From the NCBI RefSeq assembly GCF_000253055.1, contig NC_016070.1, positions 420,001 to 452,000 of the forward strand: DNA of 32,000 nt, read 5' to 3'. The stretch comes from Thermoproteus tenax Kra 1 (lineage in GTDB: Archaea > Thermoproteota > Thermoprotei > Thermoproteales > Thermoproteaceae). Below the pieces are notes generated by a model that was not told where the DNA came from, did no database searches, and saw nothing but the letters and a program-made list of their open reading frames with translations. Positions 6,923 through 16,356 of this stretch are shown here, piece by piece (the stretch's first letter is position 1; every line of letters begins with the position of its first letter). The position numbers and the translations under genes are program-made.

Positions 6923-7834
6923 ATGTATATAGGGAGGGCCCCCTCGACGAGCGCCAACTTGGGCAGCGGCTTCGACGTAGTGGCCGTGGCGCACGACGCC
7001 TACTACGCTGAGGCCTACGCCTCTGTGGGGTCCGGTTGCGGAGTGCACGTGAAGTTCAAGGGCTACGACCCGGGCCCGGACAACACAGTGGCCAGAGCCT
7101 TTAGGCGGCTTTTTGAGACGTTGGGCGTCTGTCGATATGTCGAGATAGTAGTTGAGAACAAGATACCTGTGGCGCGAGGCCTGGGGAGCAGCGGGGCGGC
7201 CTCCGTGGCAGCGATAGCTGCGTTCCTCGAGGAGGCGGGGCTGAGAGTGGACCCCAGAGTTGTAGTCGAGGCGGCCGGCTACGGCGAGGCGGCCGCGGCG
7301 GGGTCGCCCCACTACGACAATGCGGCCGGCGCCGCCTTGGGAGGCGCCGTGGTTATAACTTCTCTGTCGCCGCTGGACCTCGTGAAGTTCAGCCCGCGCC
7401 TCACCTTCGTCGTGGGGGTCCCCGATGTTCCGCCCCTCAAGAGCAAGACCAAGGCCATGAGGGAGGTCCTGCCGAGGGCCGTGGAATTCTCCACATATGT
7501 GAGACAGATCGCCAGAGTCTCGGCCCTAGTCTCCGGCCTGGCCAGATCAGATCCAGCCCTAGTGGCCAGAGGGATGGCCGACGAAGTTGTAGAGCCCGCG
7601 CGGACTAAGTTTGTCCCCGCCTACGATAGAGCGAGGCGCTACGCGCTGGAGGCGGGGGCACTGGGGTTCTGCATCTCCGGGGCTGGGCCCTCCGTGTTGG
7701 CCCTAGTCGAGGAGAGGGACGCAGACGCTGTGAAGGAGGCGATCGCCAGAGCCTACGCCGAGGAGGGCATAAGGGCTGAGGTCAAGGTGGCGTCCACTAC
7801 GGAGGGGGCGTTGAGATATTGGGGCGAAAAATAA
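6923..7834 (+). CDS. thrB: Homoserine kinase (GHMP kinase family)
   Basis: The N-terminal [13 protein letters not shown] motif and the GHMP ATP-binding motif [16 protein letters not shown] are present. The 303-aa length is typical of ThrB. Confidence 0.9.
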   Translation: MYIGRAPSTSANLGSGFDVVAVAHDAYYAEAYASVGSGCGVHVKFKGYDPGPDNTVARAFRRLFETLGVCRYVEIVVENKIPVARGLGSSGAASVAAIAAFLEEAGLRVDPRVVVEAAGYGEAAAAGSPHYDNAAGAALGGAVVITSLSPLDLVKFSPRLTFVVGVPDVPPLKSKTKAMREVLPRAVEFSTYVRQIARVSALVSGLARSDPALVARGMADEVVEPARTKFVPAYDRARRYALEAGALGFCISGAGPSVLALVEERDADAVKEAIARAYAEEGIRAEVKVASTTEGALRYWGEK

Positions 7835-7856
7835 TAATAGGTTTGGAGAAGATACC

Positions 7857-8411
7857 GTGAGTTTGACGAAAAACTTGATCGAGAGGATAGCCTCCTACAT
7901 TCCCGGCTACGCTGGCTATAAAGAGAGGGAGATAAGGAGGGAGGCGGACGCGCTGGTGAGGAGGCGGATCGCCTCAGATCTCGCCGCAGCGAAGGCCAAG
8001 CTCGCCCTGCCTATAACCTCCGCGCGCCAGGTGGCCTCAAATCCCGACGCCATGTATCTGTGGGATGCAGCAAGGGCGTGGCTCGATAGAGTCATCCAGA
8101 GGATAGACAAAGCCCCCGAGGGCTACTCGGGCTTCTTCGACTTAGTCAAAGTGGACGAACAAGCCTTGGACAGACTCTACGAGATGGACCTCTCTCTGTT
8201 GGACAAGGCGTCAGCAGTCGCCAAGGCGGTCGACGAAATTGCCGCTCTGCAGCCGGCCTCGGAGGATTGGATGAAGAAGATGAGGGAGTTGATATCGCTC
8301 TTGTCCCAACTTGATGCCTCAATAGACGAGAGGAGCAACTATATAGCTGGGCTGGCCGGCGTGAGGAAGCAGGGCGGAGATCTGTTGAGGAGGGCTCTAG
8401 GAAGACAATAG
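7857..8411 (+). CDS. Hypothetical alpha-helical (coiled-coil-like) protein
   Basis: The 184-aa ORF starts at GTG and has a charged, heptad-like composition (YKEREIRREADALVRRRIASDLAAAKAKL...). No family recognised. It sits directly upstream of the SPFH remnant. Confidence 0.6.
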   Translation: MSLTKNLIERIASYIPGYAGYKEREIRREADALVRRRIASDLAAAKAKLALPITSARQVASNPDAMYLWDAARAWLDRVIQRIDKAPEGYSGFFDLVKVDEQALDRLYEMDLSLLDKASAVAKAVDEIAALQPASEDWMKKMRELISLLSQLDASIDERSNYIAGLAGVRKQGGDLLRRALGRQ

Positions 8412-8823
8412 CATACCCCAGGTCATCAAGTGGGTAAACCCAAAGGAGGACGAGATGACCTGGAAGTACCCCGTCGAGAGGATGGAGTGGGGAGCCCAAC
8501 TTATAGTCGCCGAGTGGCAGGCGGCCGTGTTCTTCAGAGACGGCAAGGCATACGACGTCTTTAGAGCGGGCCGCCATACATTGACCACGGCCAACCTCCC
8601 CTCCTCACGAGAATTCTGACGGCCGTAGCCGGCTTTGAGAGGAGTCCCTTTGTGGCCACGGTCATCTTCGTCTTTTGTCTCGAGAGAATACGCCGAAGAG
8701 GCTGGGCGATACGCCTCGGCGCTGAAGGTCAACGTCAAAGATGCGATTAGATTCGAGGGAGTTGTCTATATTCCTTCTGGATCTCGTACAGCTATAAGGG
8801 AAGGAGCTATTCGGCCGTTGTAG
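8401..8823 (+). pseudogene. Frameshifted, start-less and truncated SPFH/band-7 family gene (YdjI / COG4260-like)
   Basis: Frame 1 (8401-8619) reads ...VIKWVNPKEDEMTWKYPVERMEWGAQLIVAEWQAAVFFRDGKAYDVFRAGRHTLTTANLPSSREF*. After a 1-nt slip in the C-run near 8599-8604 the frame continues as LLTRILTAVAGFERSPFVATVIFVF..., matching my recollection of the YdjI-type N-terminus (GAQLIVRESQ.AVF..G...DVFGPG.Y.L.T.N.P.L...SPF..EVYFV). There is no start codon after the in-frame TAG at 8398-8400. Further frame breaks follow. Only about 130 of the expected roughly 330 codons are present. Confidence 0.65.
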
Positions 8824-8840
8824 ACGCAGCCGAGGGCGAT

Positions 8841-9065
8841 GTGGTCTCCATGGAGTACCCCGTGCCGGCTAGGGGCAGACTCTACTCGTTGGGTCTGGGG
8901 GCGTTCATTATGGCGGTCTCAGCCGCCTTGGGAGCTGCTCTGGGGGGCCTGTCTGGGCTAGCCGGAGGTCTCACCGCAAGTCTCGGCGCTGCCGCGGTCG
9001 CCCTGAAAATGGCGGCCGCTAGGATAGGCATATACAGGGCCAGGTTGTCCACCGAGTTGATCTAG
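8841..9065 (+). CDS. Possible small Gly/Ala-rich membrane protein
   Basis: The 74-aa ORF contains two hydrophobic Gly/Ala-rich segments (LGLGAFIMAVSAALGAALGGLSGLAGGLTASLGAAAVAL). The start is GTG 8841 or ATG 8850. No family recognised. Confidence 0.4.
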   Translation: MVSMEYPVPARGRLYSLGLGAFIMAVSAALGAALGGLSGLAGGLTASLGAAAVALKMAAARIGIYRARLSTELI

Positions 9066-9101
9066 CCTCAAATATTTTTAATTGCCAGAGGTGGTCGGCC
9101 T

Positions 9102-9905
9102 ATGAAGCTTGAGTTCAAGATCAGCGCCCTGCCCCGCGACAGGAGGAACAGCCTACTGTTGGCCTGCCCTGAGCCCTCGCTCGCGGGCGTTATCGCCGTC
9201 GAGTACGTGATAGACCTCTTGAAGATGGAGGAGATAGGGGCCATAAGAATACCTGAGCTACCGCCTGTAGTAGCCGTAGTGAACGGAGCGGCCAAGCTGC
9301 CTCACCGCATTTTCTACAACAAAGACGCCGGGCTTTTGGCGATTAGACAACATATGCCCGTGCCTCCTCAGATCTACGCCGAGTTTGTGGGAAAGGTCTT
9401 GGACTGGGCCGAGGAGAACAAAGTGAGAGACGTCATCTGTCTGTCTGCGACTGCGGCCATAGGCGAGGGCGAGTCGGTCTACTTTGTCACAGAGGAGCAC
9501 CTAGTGGATCGCTTCAAATCGTTGGGGCTAACCCCTCTCAAGGAGGCCACAGTGGCCGGCCTAGAGGGCGCCTTCCTAGATGCCGTGTTGGGGAGATCTA
9601 TAGACGGAGTCTTGATATTGGCCGAGTCCAAGCTGCTCACGGCTGTCAAAAGGCTCGTTGAAAGCGGCAAAGTGGCAAGCCACAGAGATGTGCTCATGAT
9701 CTTAAACGACCTAGTGGGCAGAGTGGGACCCGATGTATCCGCCGCCATAAAGCTGATAGATGCAGTGGCCAAGATAACCGGCGTCCAGATTGACACTTCG
9801 AATCTGCAGGAGCACGCCCAAAAGTACGCCTTCTTGGTGGAGAAGAACATAGAGGCTATGATGCAGCCCGCGCAACAGAAAAGGGAGATACCGTTGATGA
9901 TCTAA
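9102..9905 (+). CDS. PAC2-family proteasome assembly chaperone-like protein (COG1938-like)
   Basis: The 267-aa length and the N-terminal pattern (LLLACPEPSLAGVIAVEYVIDLL...IRIPELPPVVAVVNG...HRIFY) are typical of archaeal PAC2/PbaA-B proteins as I recall them. Confidence 0.7.
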   Translation: MKLEFKISALPRDRRNSLLLACPEPSLAGVIAVEYVIDLLKMEEIGAIRIPELPPVVAVVNGAAKLPHRIFYNKDAGLLAIRQHMPVPPQIYAEFVGKVLDWAEENKVRDVICLSATAAIGEGESVYFVTEEHLVDRFKSLGLTPLKEATVAGLEGAFLDAVLGRSIDGVLILAESKLLTAVKRLVESGKVASHRDVLMILNDLVGRVGPDVSAAIKLIDAVAKITGVQIDTSNLQEHAQKYAFLVEKNIEAMMQPAQQKREIPLMI

Positions 9906-9977
9906 GGTTGTTTCAAACATTATTGTCGGTAATAGCCGAAGGTAATGCTTAAAAGGAAAAATAATAAAATATACTCC

Positions 9978-11345
9978 ATGAAAACTTCTGTACTAATAGG
10001 AATTATAGTAGTAGTTATCGTTGTTATTGGATTGTTTTACGCCCTGAACCAAGGCGGTCCTTCACAAAAGTCTATCACGACGACAGCGAGTTCCGCCACT
10101 ACCTCCACGCCGACTCAGACTACAACTTCTCAGTGTCCCGATGAGGTTTTAATAGGCACGCCGGCCGCAATAAGCGGGAAATATTCTACTGAGGGCCAAT
10201 ATATCTTATGGGGCGCCATGGCGGCGGTGAATTGGATCAACGACCACGGCGGAATCAACTGTAGTGGAAAAATGGTAAAAGTCCGCTTGATATATCAAGA
10301 TTCACAGTCAAATGCGCAGTTGGCGGCCAGCATAGCGGAAAATTTAATCACGCAACAACACGTGAACTTCCTCCTGAGCCCCTATGGTTCTGATTTGGCC
10401 ATAGCGGTAGCTCCCGTCGCCGAAAAATACGGTGTCCTCATGGCAGTCGTGGGCGCATCTTCGGATCGCATATTCAGCCAAGGCTATAAGTATATAATCG
10501 GCGTGGCTTCGCCCGCGAGCCACTACTTTTGGTCTGTCCTAGACATGGTTAAATCTATAGATCCCTCGGCCAAGACTGTGGCAATACTCTACAGCGATGA
10601 CGAGTTCGATAGATATGTAGCGTCTGGAGCAAGGACCCACGCACAACAGCTCGGCATGCAGGTGGTGGTCTATGACCCCTATCCTCCTACGACGCAGGAT
10701 GTGACAAACCAAGTATTAGACGTCAAGAACGCTCATCCGGACATAATACTAGTGGCCGCCCACTATGCCGACGGCCAACTTGTCACGCGGACTTTATATC
10801 AACAGAACGTCACTGCGAAGCTCATAGCTATAACCGTGGCCCCGTTGGTTCCCGATTACTACAAGGCCCTCGGCGCTCTGGCGGAGTGTATTGTTGGGCC
10901 GTCCCACTGGGAAATTGGGGTCAGCTATACGCCGGATTTGGCGAAACAGAGGGGTTTAGACTGGTTCGGCCCAACCCGCGACGAGTTTATCCAGTACTTC
11001 AGACAAGTGGCTAAACAGATGTCGGGCAAGGAGGTTGATCCCGGCTATGAGGCTGCGTGGGCAGCTGAGGGCGTGTTGGTGCTCCTCTATGGCGTTCAGA
11101 AAGCAGGTAGCGTGAATCCAGACGCCGTTAGACAGGCCCTTGCTAACGCGGACTTCATGACGTTCTTCGGCGAATTTAAGATGAACTCTACAAACGGGCT
11201 GAACATAGCCCACTCGATGGTGGTAACACAGTGGCAGGCCGGGCAGAGGCTTGTGATATGGCCGCCGGCGGTAGCGCAGAACAAGCCGTTCTATCCCTCT
11301 TTGACGTGGAGCCAGAAGCTCGCCGGGATGGTCTGTAGGCCGTAA
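9978..11345 (+). CDS. Branched-chain amino acid ABC transporter substrate-binding protein (LivJ/K-like) with an N-terminal membrane anchor and a Ser/Thr-rich stalk
   Basis: The N-terminal TM is MKTSVLIGIIVVVIVVIGLF. It is followed by the TTTASSATTSTPTQTTTSQ linker and then a periplasmic-binding-protein type I fold pattern. The gene is first in an operon with livHMGF-like genes. ATG 9978 is preferred over the track start at 9945. Confidence 0.88.
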   Translation: MKTSVLIGIIVVVIVVIGLFYALNQGGPSQKSITTTASSATTSTPTQTTTSQCPDEVLIGTPAAISGKYSTEGQYILWGAMAAVNWINDHGGINCSGKMVKVRLIYQDSQSNAQLAASIAENLITQQHVNFLLSPYGSDLAIAVAPVAEKYGVLMAVVGASSDRIFSQGYKYIIGVASPASHYFWSVLDMVKSIDPSAKTVAILYSDDEFDRYVASGARTHAQQLGMQVVVYDPYPPTTQDVTNQVLDVKNAHPDIILVAAHYADGQLVTRTLYQQNVTAKLIAITVAPLVPDYYKALGALAECIVGPSHWEIGVSYTPDLAKQRGLDWFGPTRDEFIQYFRQVAKQMSGKEVDPGYEAAWAAEGVLVLLYGVQKAGSVNPDAVRQALANADFMTFFGEFKMNSTNGLNIAHSMVVTQWQAGQRLVIWPPAVAQNKPFYPSLTWSQKLAGMVCRP

Positions 11346-12223
11346 TGATTGATGTAATTCCATATTTTTTAAACGGGCTTATAGTCGGTTCCATTTATGG
11401 CTTGATAACCATAGGTCTCAGCTTCATTTTCGGAGTCCTGAAGATAGTTAACGTGGCCCACGGCTCCTTCGTTATGTTGGGCGCATATGTGGCGTATTTC
11501 TCCTTCATTCTCTGGGCAATTCCGCCCCTCCTCTCAGTTTTCACCGGTTTCTTCGTCGGGGGAACGCTAGGTCTTTTAGTCTATTACGGGGTCATTAGGC
11601 CGCTACGTAAAGTTGGAGAAATGCATGTACTAGTGGCCTTGTTCGCGCTGGGCTCCCTCATCGCCGAGGTGGCCCGTATAATGTGGGGGCCCAACGTTGT
11701 GGGCTTCACTTGGGACGTGGGGTCGTTCTCCGTCTCGGGCTATATGGTGCAGTTGTCGCAATTGGCAGGTTCGCTTGCTGCGTTGATAATAGCAGTCTCT
11801 CTACAGATGGTTCTCTACAAGACCTACTTCGGGCGGGCCGTGAGAGCCATAGTCCAAGACCCCGTGGGAGCTCAAGTCGTGGGCATTAACGTTGAGAGGA
11901 TCTACGCCGTAAGCGCCGCGATAGGCGTCGCGCTCACCACAGCCGGCGGAGTGCTACTCACCCTCTTTATACCCGTGGGCATAAATCCGTATATGGGCGA
12001 TCCTTACACACTAATGGCCTTCGTCATCGCCGTAATGGGCGGTCTCGAGTCGACTTTGGGCGCCTATGTGGCTGGGCTCATCTTCGGTGAAATAATATCA
12101 TTGGGTTACCCGCTCTTCAGCAGGCTCGGCTTCGCCGGCCCCTACCAGATGTCCTTATTCACGGGCTTTGTTATATTGATCATGTTCTTGCTCTTTAGAC
12201 CTTCCGGCTTGTTTAAATCATGA
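11345..12223 (+). CDS. livH: Branched-chain amino acid ABC transporter permease (LivH-like)
   Basis: This polytopic membrane protein starts with the typical LivH N-terminus (LNGLIVGSIYGLITIGLSFIFGVLKIVNVAHG). Its start overlaps the upstream stop. Confidence 0.9.
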   Translation: MIDVIPYFLNGLIVGSIYGLITIGLSFIFGVLKIVNVAHGSFVMLGAYVAYFSFILWAIPPLLSVFTGFFVGGTLGLLVYYGVIRPLRKVGEMHVLVALFALGSLIAEVARIMWGPNVVGFTWDVGSFSVSGYMVQLSQLAGSLAALIIAVSLQMVLYKTYFGRAVRAIVQDPVGAQVVGINVERIYAVSAAIGVALTTAGGVLLTLFIPVGINPYMGDPYTLMAFVIAVMGGLESTLGAYVAGLIFGEIISLGYPLFSRLGFAGPYQMSLFTGFVILIMFLLFRPSGLFKS

Positions 12224-13185
12224 GGCCGCACATCCCAGTGGCCATTTACGCCAGCATGATCGCACTCGCCCTCGCAAGGCCTGACCTATCTCAGACTATT
12301 GAGACCATAGCCTTTTATATGACGCTAGGACAAGCCGTCAATATCTTCGTTGGACTGACGGGCTATGTTAACTTCGGCTACGCTGCCTTCCTCGCAATGG
12401 GCGCCTACGGTCTGGGGGTGGTGATAGCGTATATGCCTTGGCTCGGTATATGGACGTTGCCTCTGGGGTTGGCGCTCGGAGCTCTTCTGGCTACGGCGTT
12501 GGCAGCCGCTGTGGGCGCTGTGGCGCTCAGGCTACGGAGCGCCTATTTCGCGATAGCCACCATAGGCATAAATGAGGGTCTAAAGAATTTAATAATAGGA
12601 GCCAATATATGGGGCGGAAGCGCAGGCCTTGTGTTGGGCTACAACATGTTTCAGACGTACGGCCGCGAAACGGCGTTATTCTTGTCTACGACCGGCTCAG
12701 CGGTATTAGTATTAGCCACTGGCCTTCTCGCCGTAGTGGCCACCTATCTGCTACAGAGTGGGCAGGCCGGCTACGCGCTCGCGGCCATACGACAAGATGA
12801 AGATGCAGCGAAAGTAATGGGGATAAATCCCACTAAGTACAAGCTGATTGCCTTCAGCTTAAGCGCTGTGTTCTCGGCTTTATTGGGCTCGGCCGCGTTC
12901 CCCCTGGCGGCCACCCAAGTGTTTCCCGACGTAGTGTTCAGCGTGGGCTATATCTTGGACGGTCTCGCTGTAGCATTCCTAGGAGGCATTGGCACAACCA
13001 CAGGGCCTATAATAGGCGGACTGCTCTACGTGCCCATCAGGTTGTTAGTGGGACAAACCTTGCCCTCTTACCAATCTCTGATAACACCTGTGATGGTGTT
13101 GTTAATAATTCTGCTTATGCCTAGAGGACTAGTGGGCGAAGTTCGTCGGCGTCTGCCTGGGCGGGCCAAGGAGTGGCTGCCATGA
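12220..13185 (+). CDS. livM: Branched-chain amino acid ABC transporter permease (LivM-like)
   Basis: This polytopic membrane protein has LivM-like motifs (GQAVNIFVGLTGYVNFGYAAFLAMGAY; RQDEDAAKVMGINPTKYKL). It overlaps livH by ATGA. Confidence 0.9.
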   Translation: MRPHIPVAIYASMIALALARPDLSQTIETIAFYMTLGQAVNIFVGLTGYVNFGYAAFLAMGAYGLGVVIAYMPWLGIWTLPLGLALGALLATALAAAVGAVALRLRSAYFAIATIGINEGLKNLIIGANIWGGSAGLVLGYNMFQTYGRETALFLSTTGSAVLVLATGLLAVVATYLLQSGQAGYALAAIRQDEDAAKVMGINPTKYKLIAFSLSAVFSALLGSAAFPLAATQVFPDVVFSVGYILDGLAVAFLGGIGTTTGPIIGGLLYVPIRLLVGQTLPSYQSLITPVMVLLIILLMPRGLVGEVRRRLPGRAKEWLP

Positions 13186-13913
13186 CGCTTCTGAGAGTTC
13201 AGAACGTCGTCAAAAGGTTCGGAGGTTTGATCGCTTTACACGGCGTATCGTTGGAGGTCGAGAGAGGCGAGTTTGTGGCCGTAGTGGGGCCCAACGGCTC
13301 GGGCAAGACGACGCTCCTCAACGTAATCAACGGCGTTTATAAGCCGGATAATGGGCGAGTGTATTTCGAGGGGCGCGATGTGACCGACCTTCCGGCGTAT
13401 AAGAGGGCCAAGCTGGGTATGTCGCGCGCATTTCAAGTGCCGCGCCCCTTCCCAGAGCTCACCGTTCTGGAGAACGTTGTAGTTGGCGCCCTATTCAATG
13501 GCGGATATGACCTAGCGGAGGCCAGAGAGGTGGCCAAGGAGGTACTAGGGTATGTGGGGCTGGCTAAGAAGGTAGACGAGCCCGCCGGAAGACTCACGTT
13601 CAACGAGATGAGACTCTTAGAACTCGCAAGGGCGCTCGCGGGCAGACCCAAACTGTTGATGTTAGATGAAGTAATGGCCGGGCTCAACCCGGCCGAGATA
13701 GACTCAATGGTAAAATTGATCAAGAGGATAGTCGAAGAGAGAAACATAGCGGCTTTGTCTCTAGTTGAGCACAGAATGAAAGCCGTAGTGCAATTAGCCA
13801 CAAGGGTAGTGGTTATGCACCAAGGGAGGATAGTAGCAGAGGGGCCTCCCGATGTGGCTCTCAACAACCCCCTAGTTGTGGAGGTCTATTTGGGGAGACC
13901 ATGGCGCTCGTAG
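13173..13913 (+). CDS. livG: Branched-chain amino acid ABC transporter ATP-binding protein (LivG-like)
   Basis: Walker A GPNGSGKTT, a degenerate ABC-signature position (FNEMRLLELARAL), and Walker B LLMLDEVMAGL are present. Confidence 0.9.
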   Translation: MAAMTLLRVQNVVKRFGGLIALHGVSLEVERGEFVAVVGPNGSGKTTLLNVINGVYKPDNGRVYFEGRDVTDLPAYKRAKLGMSRAFQVPRPFPELTVLENVVVGALFNGGYDLAEAREVAKEVLGYVGLAKKVDEPAGRLTFNEMRLLELARALAGRPKLLMLDEVMAGLNPAEIDSMVKLIKRIVEERNIAALSLVEHRMKAVVQLATRVVVMHQGRIVAEGPPDVALNNPLVVEVYLGRPWRS

Positions 13914-14605
13914 TAGATGGCTTGACGTCGGGGTACGGCAAGCTGCAGGTATTATTCGGAGTCTCGTTTAAGGCAGAGGAGAGATCGATCACTGCGCTTA
14001 TAGGGCCCAACGGTGCCGGCAAAACGACCACGCTTAACTCCATAATGGGAATAGTGAGGGCATGGTCGGGCTCTGTGATGTATAGGGGGGCCGATATCAC
14101 GAGGATCCCGCCTTATAGAAAGGTTGAGATGGGACTCGCCATGGTGCCAGAGGGGAGAAGGATCTTTGTAAACATGAGCGTTGAGGAGAACTTGATTATG
14201 GGGGCCTACGTTAAAAGGGCTCGCGAGAAGCTCGACGATTCTCTGGACTACGTATACTCTCTTTTCCCGCGGCTGAGGGAGAGGAAGAGGCAGAAGGCGG
14301 GCACCTTAAGCGGAGGAGAACAACAGATGCTGGCTATAGCCAGGGCGTTGGTATCAAGGCCCCACGTTCTACTAATCGACGAGCCCTCAGCTGGCCTGGC
14401 GCCTAAAATCGTCGCAGACATCTTTGGAGTATTTAAACAGATCAAAAGCGATACGGCTATTGTGTTGGTGGAGCAAAACGTGGCCGCCGCATTGGAGACA
14501 GCGGACTACGGCTATGTCATTGAGAACGGAAGAGTTGTTATGTCGGGCACATCAGAGGAACTCCTCAGATCCAACCACGTGAAAAGGGCTTATCTCGGCG
14601 TTTGA
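13901..14605 (+). CDS. livF: Branched-chain amino acid ABC transporter ATP-binding protein (LivF-like)
   Basis: Walker A GPNGAGKTT, the signature LSGGEQQML and Walker B LLLIDEPSAGL are present. Confidence 0.9.
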   Translation: MALVVDGLTSGYGKLQVLFGVSFKAEERSITALIGPNGAGKTTTLNSIMGIVRAWSGSVMYRGADITRIPPYRKVEMGLAMVPEGRRIFVNMSVEENLIMGAYVKRAREKLDDSLDYVYSLFPRLRERKRQKAGTLSGGEQQMLAIARALVSRPHVLLIDEPSAGLAPKIVADIFGVFKQIKSDTAIVLVEQNVAAALETADYGYVIENGRVVMSGTSEELLRSNHVKRAYLGV

Positions 14606-14613
14606 TCTGGCTA

Positions 14614-15498
14614 CTAGGGCAGCTCGATCCTCTTATTCCCTCTGGCTATCTTAAACTTTGGAGCTCTGCCCTCAACGAACGCCCTCGCGATGGCCAGTCT
14701 CAGCTGGAAGACGTTGGAGACTCTATCGCCGTCCGCCTCTATTATTATGTCGCCTCGCCTGAGCCCCATCTCCTCGGCGGGAGAGCCGGGAGCTACGTTC
14801 AAGACTAACAGGCCTTGCTCCACCGGCAGCTTGTAGACGGCCGCCATTGCCTTATTGACCGCGGCCACGTAGACGCCTATTGCAGGTCTCACGTAGCGGC
14901 CGTACCTCCTCAAGATCTCTATGGCGATTGAGGCGAGGTCGATAGGTATAGCGAACCCTATCCCCTGGGCCCCCGCTATGATCGCTGTATTTATGCCCAC
15001 GGCCTCCCCCCTCGAGTTGACTAGGGGTCCCCCCGAGTTGCCAGGGTTTATTGCGGCGTCCGTCTGTATCAGGAACTCGAACGTCTTGTCGCCGAGCGCG
15101 AGGCTCCTCCCCACCGCGCTAACGATGCCCAACGTGGCCGTGGGCCTGTCCAACATAGCCAGGGGATAGCCCAGGGCCAGGACGGGCTCCCCCACTCTGA
15201 GCCTCAGCGCTGAGCCCAAAGCCAGCTGCGGAGCCCTCAAGTCCGAGGCCAGTACGGCCAGATCGTCGCCGGGATCGGCGGCGACGACGTGGGCCTCGGC
15301 GACCTCGCCATCGGGCGTGGCCAGAACTATTGACTCGGCCTGGGAGACGACGTGATGCGCCGTGATGTACAGCCCGCCGCCCGCTGAAAACGCCGTGCCG
15401 AAGGATCGCCCCTCCTCGAACCCCCAGATGTCTGTCACCCTCGTGAGAACCGCGACGACCGACCTTGAGATCCTCTCGACAAGTTCCGAGTAGTCCAT
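14614..15498 (-). CDS. HtrA/DegP-like trypsin-fold serine protease with a C-terminal PDZ domain
   Basis: The catalytic triad context is present (TAHHV, DDLAVL, GNSGGPLVN), as is a PDZ-like GLLVLNVAPGSPAEEMGLRRGDIIIEADG. I saw no obvious signal peptide. Confidence 0.85.
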   Translation of the reverse strand: MDYSELVERISRSVVAVLTRVTDIWGFEEGRSFGTAFSAGGGLYITAHHVVSQAESIVLATPDGEVAEAHVVAADPGDDLAVLASDLRAPQLALGSALRLRVGEPVLALGYPLAMLDRPTATLGIVSAVGRSLALGDKTFEFLIQTDAAINPGNSGGPLVNSRGEAVGINTAIIAGAQGIGFAIPIDLASIAIEILRRYGRYVRPAIGVYVAAVNKAMAAVYKLPVEQGLLVLNVAPGSPAEEMGLRRGDIIIEADGDRVSNVFQLRLAIARAFVEGRAPKFKIARGNKRIELP

Positions 15499-15512
15499 GG
15501 CTATACTCTACA

Positions 15513-15526
15513 TCTTTTAAATAAAG
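15513..15526. promoter_or_regulatory. Shared AT-rich TATA-like element between divergent genes
   Basis: cttttaaataaagg is centred about 21-22 nt from both the minus-strand ATG at 15498 and the plus-strand ATG at 15541. The entire intergenic spacer is only 42 bp. Confidence 0.4.
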
Positions 15527-15540
15527 GACTCTTCCAGTAT

Positions 15541-16356
15541 ATGGAGACCAAATGTTTTAAGGCACTGGGCTGCATATCGGCGTTGGGCCTCGGCACTTCA
15601 GGACTAGGCGGAGGACTATGGCAGAGGGATGAGGCGCACGACGAGAGACATCTAGCGGTGTTGGCCAACGCTCTAGCCAAGGGCATTTGGGTCATAGACA
15701 CCTCGGAGGTCTACGGGGACGGCCACGCCGAGGAGTTGATAGGCAAAGCCCTCTCCAACTTCGGGAGAGGGGAGAGAGATAGGATCATTGTAATCACGAA
15801 GTTCTGGCCGGACAAGGCCGACGAGGACTCCATAATAAGCTCGGCCAAGTCCAGCGCGCGCCGCTTGGGGACCTATATCGATGTGTTTATGCCCCACGGC
15901 CCCACATCGGACCTCTGCAAAACCGTCAGAGCTATGGAGAAAGTTGTGGACATGGGCTTGGCCAGGTTCTGGGGCCTTAGCAACGTCAAAAGAGTTGATA
16001 TAGAGGGAGCAAGGGGCTGCGCAAAGAAATACGACATAGCCGCCGTAGAGAACATATTCAACTTCATCAACAAGATAGACGCCCACGAGGGGCTGTCCTA
16101 CGCCCAGAGGGAGGGAATATTGTATATCGCAGCGAGCCCGCTCGGGAGGGGGTTGGTGCTCGAGAGCATAAAGCTTAGGAGAATAGCGAACGCGCTGAAG
16201 AGGACGCCAGCTCAGATAGCCCTCCGCTGGCTTATGGACAAGGAGGGGGTCGTCCCAATACCCAGAACGAGTAGGCCGGAGAGAGTTCTGGAGTTCGCCG
16301 AGACGTACGGCTGGAGGTTGCCTGAGGAGTACGCCAGAGAGCTGGACTCCCTCTAA
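15541..16356 (+). CDS. Aldo/keto reductase family oxidoreductase
   Basis: AKR pattern: GLGTSGLGG..., IDTSEVYGDGHAEELIGKAL, GLSNV. At 271 aa it is a short archaeal AKR. Confidence 0.8.
   Translation: METKCFKALGCISALGLGTSGLGGGLWQRDEAHDERHLAVLANALAKGIWVIDTSEVYGDGHAEELIGKALSNFGRGERDRIIVITKFWPDKADEDSIISSAKSSARRLGTYIDVFMPHGPTSDLCKTVRAMEKVVDMGLARFWGLSNVKRVDIEGARGCAKKYDIAAVENIFNFINKIDAHEGLSYAQREGILYIAASPLGRGLVLESIKLRRIANALKRTPAQIALRWLMDKEGVVPIPRTSRPERVLEFAETYGWRLPEEYARELDSL

Noticed and set aside
6538-7312. Track ORFs 6538-6747, 6551-6733, 6602-6868, 6640-6957 and 6857-7312 over the GC-rich gap and the thrB 5' end
   Set aside because: The translations are Arg/Pro/Ala/Gly strings on both strands with mutually overlapping frames. 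The region is better explained as a structured RNA locus, and the right part overlaps thrB.
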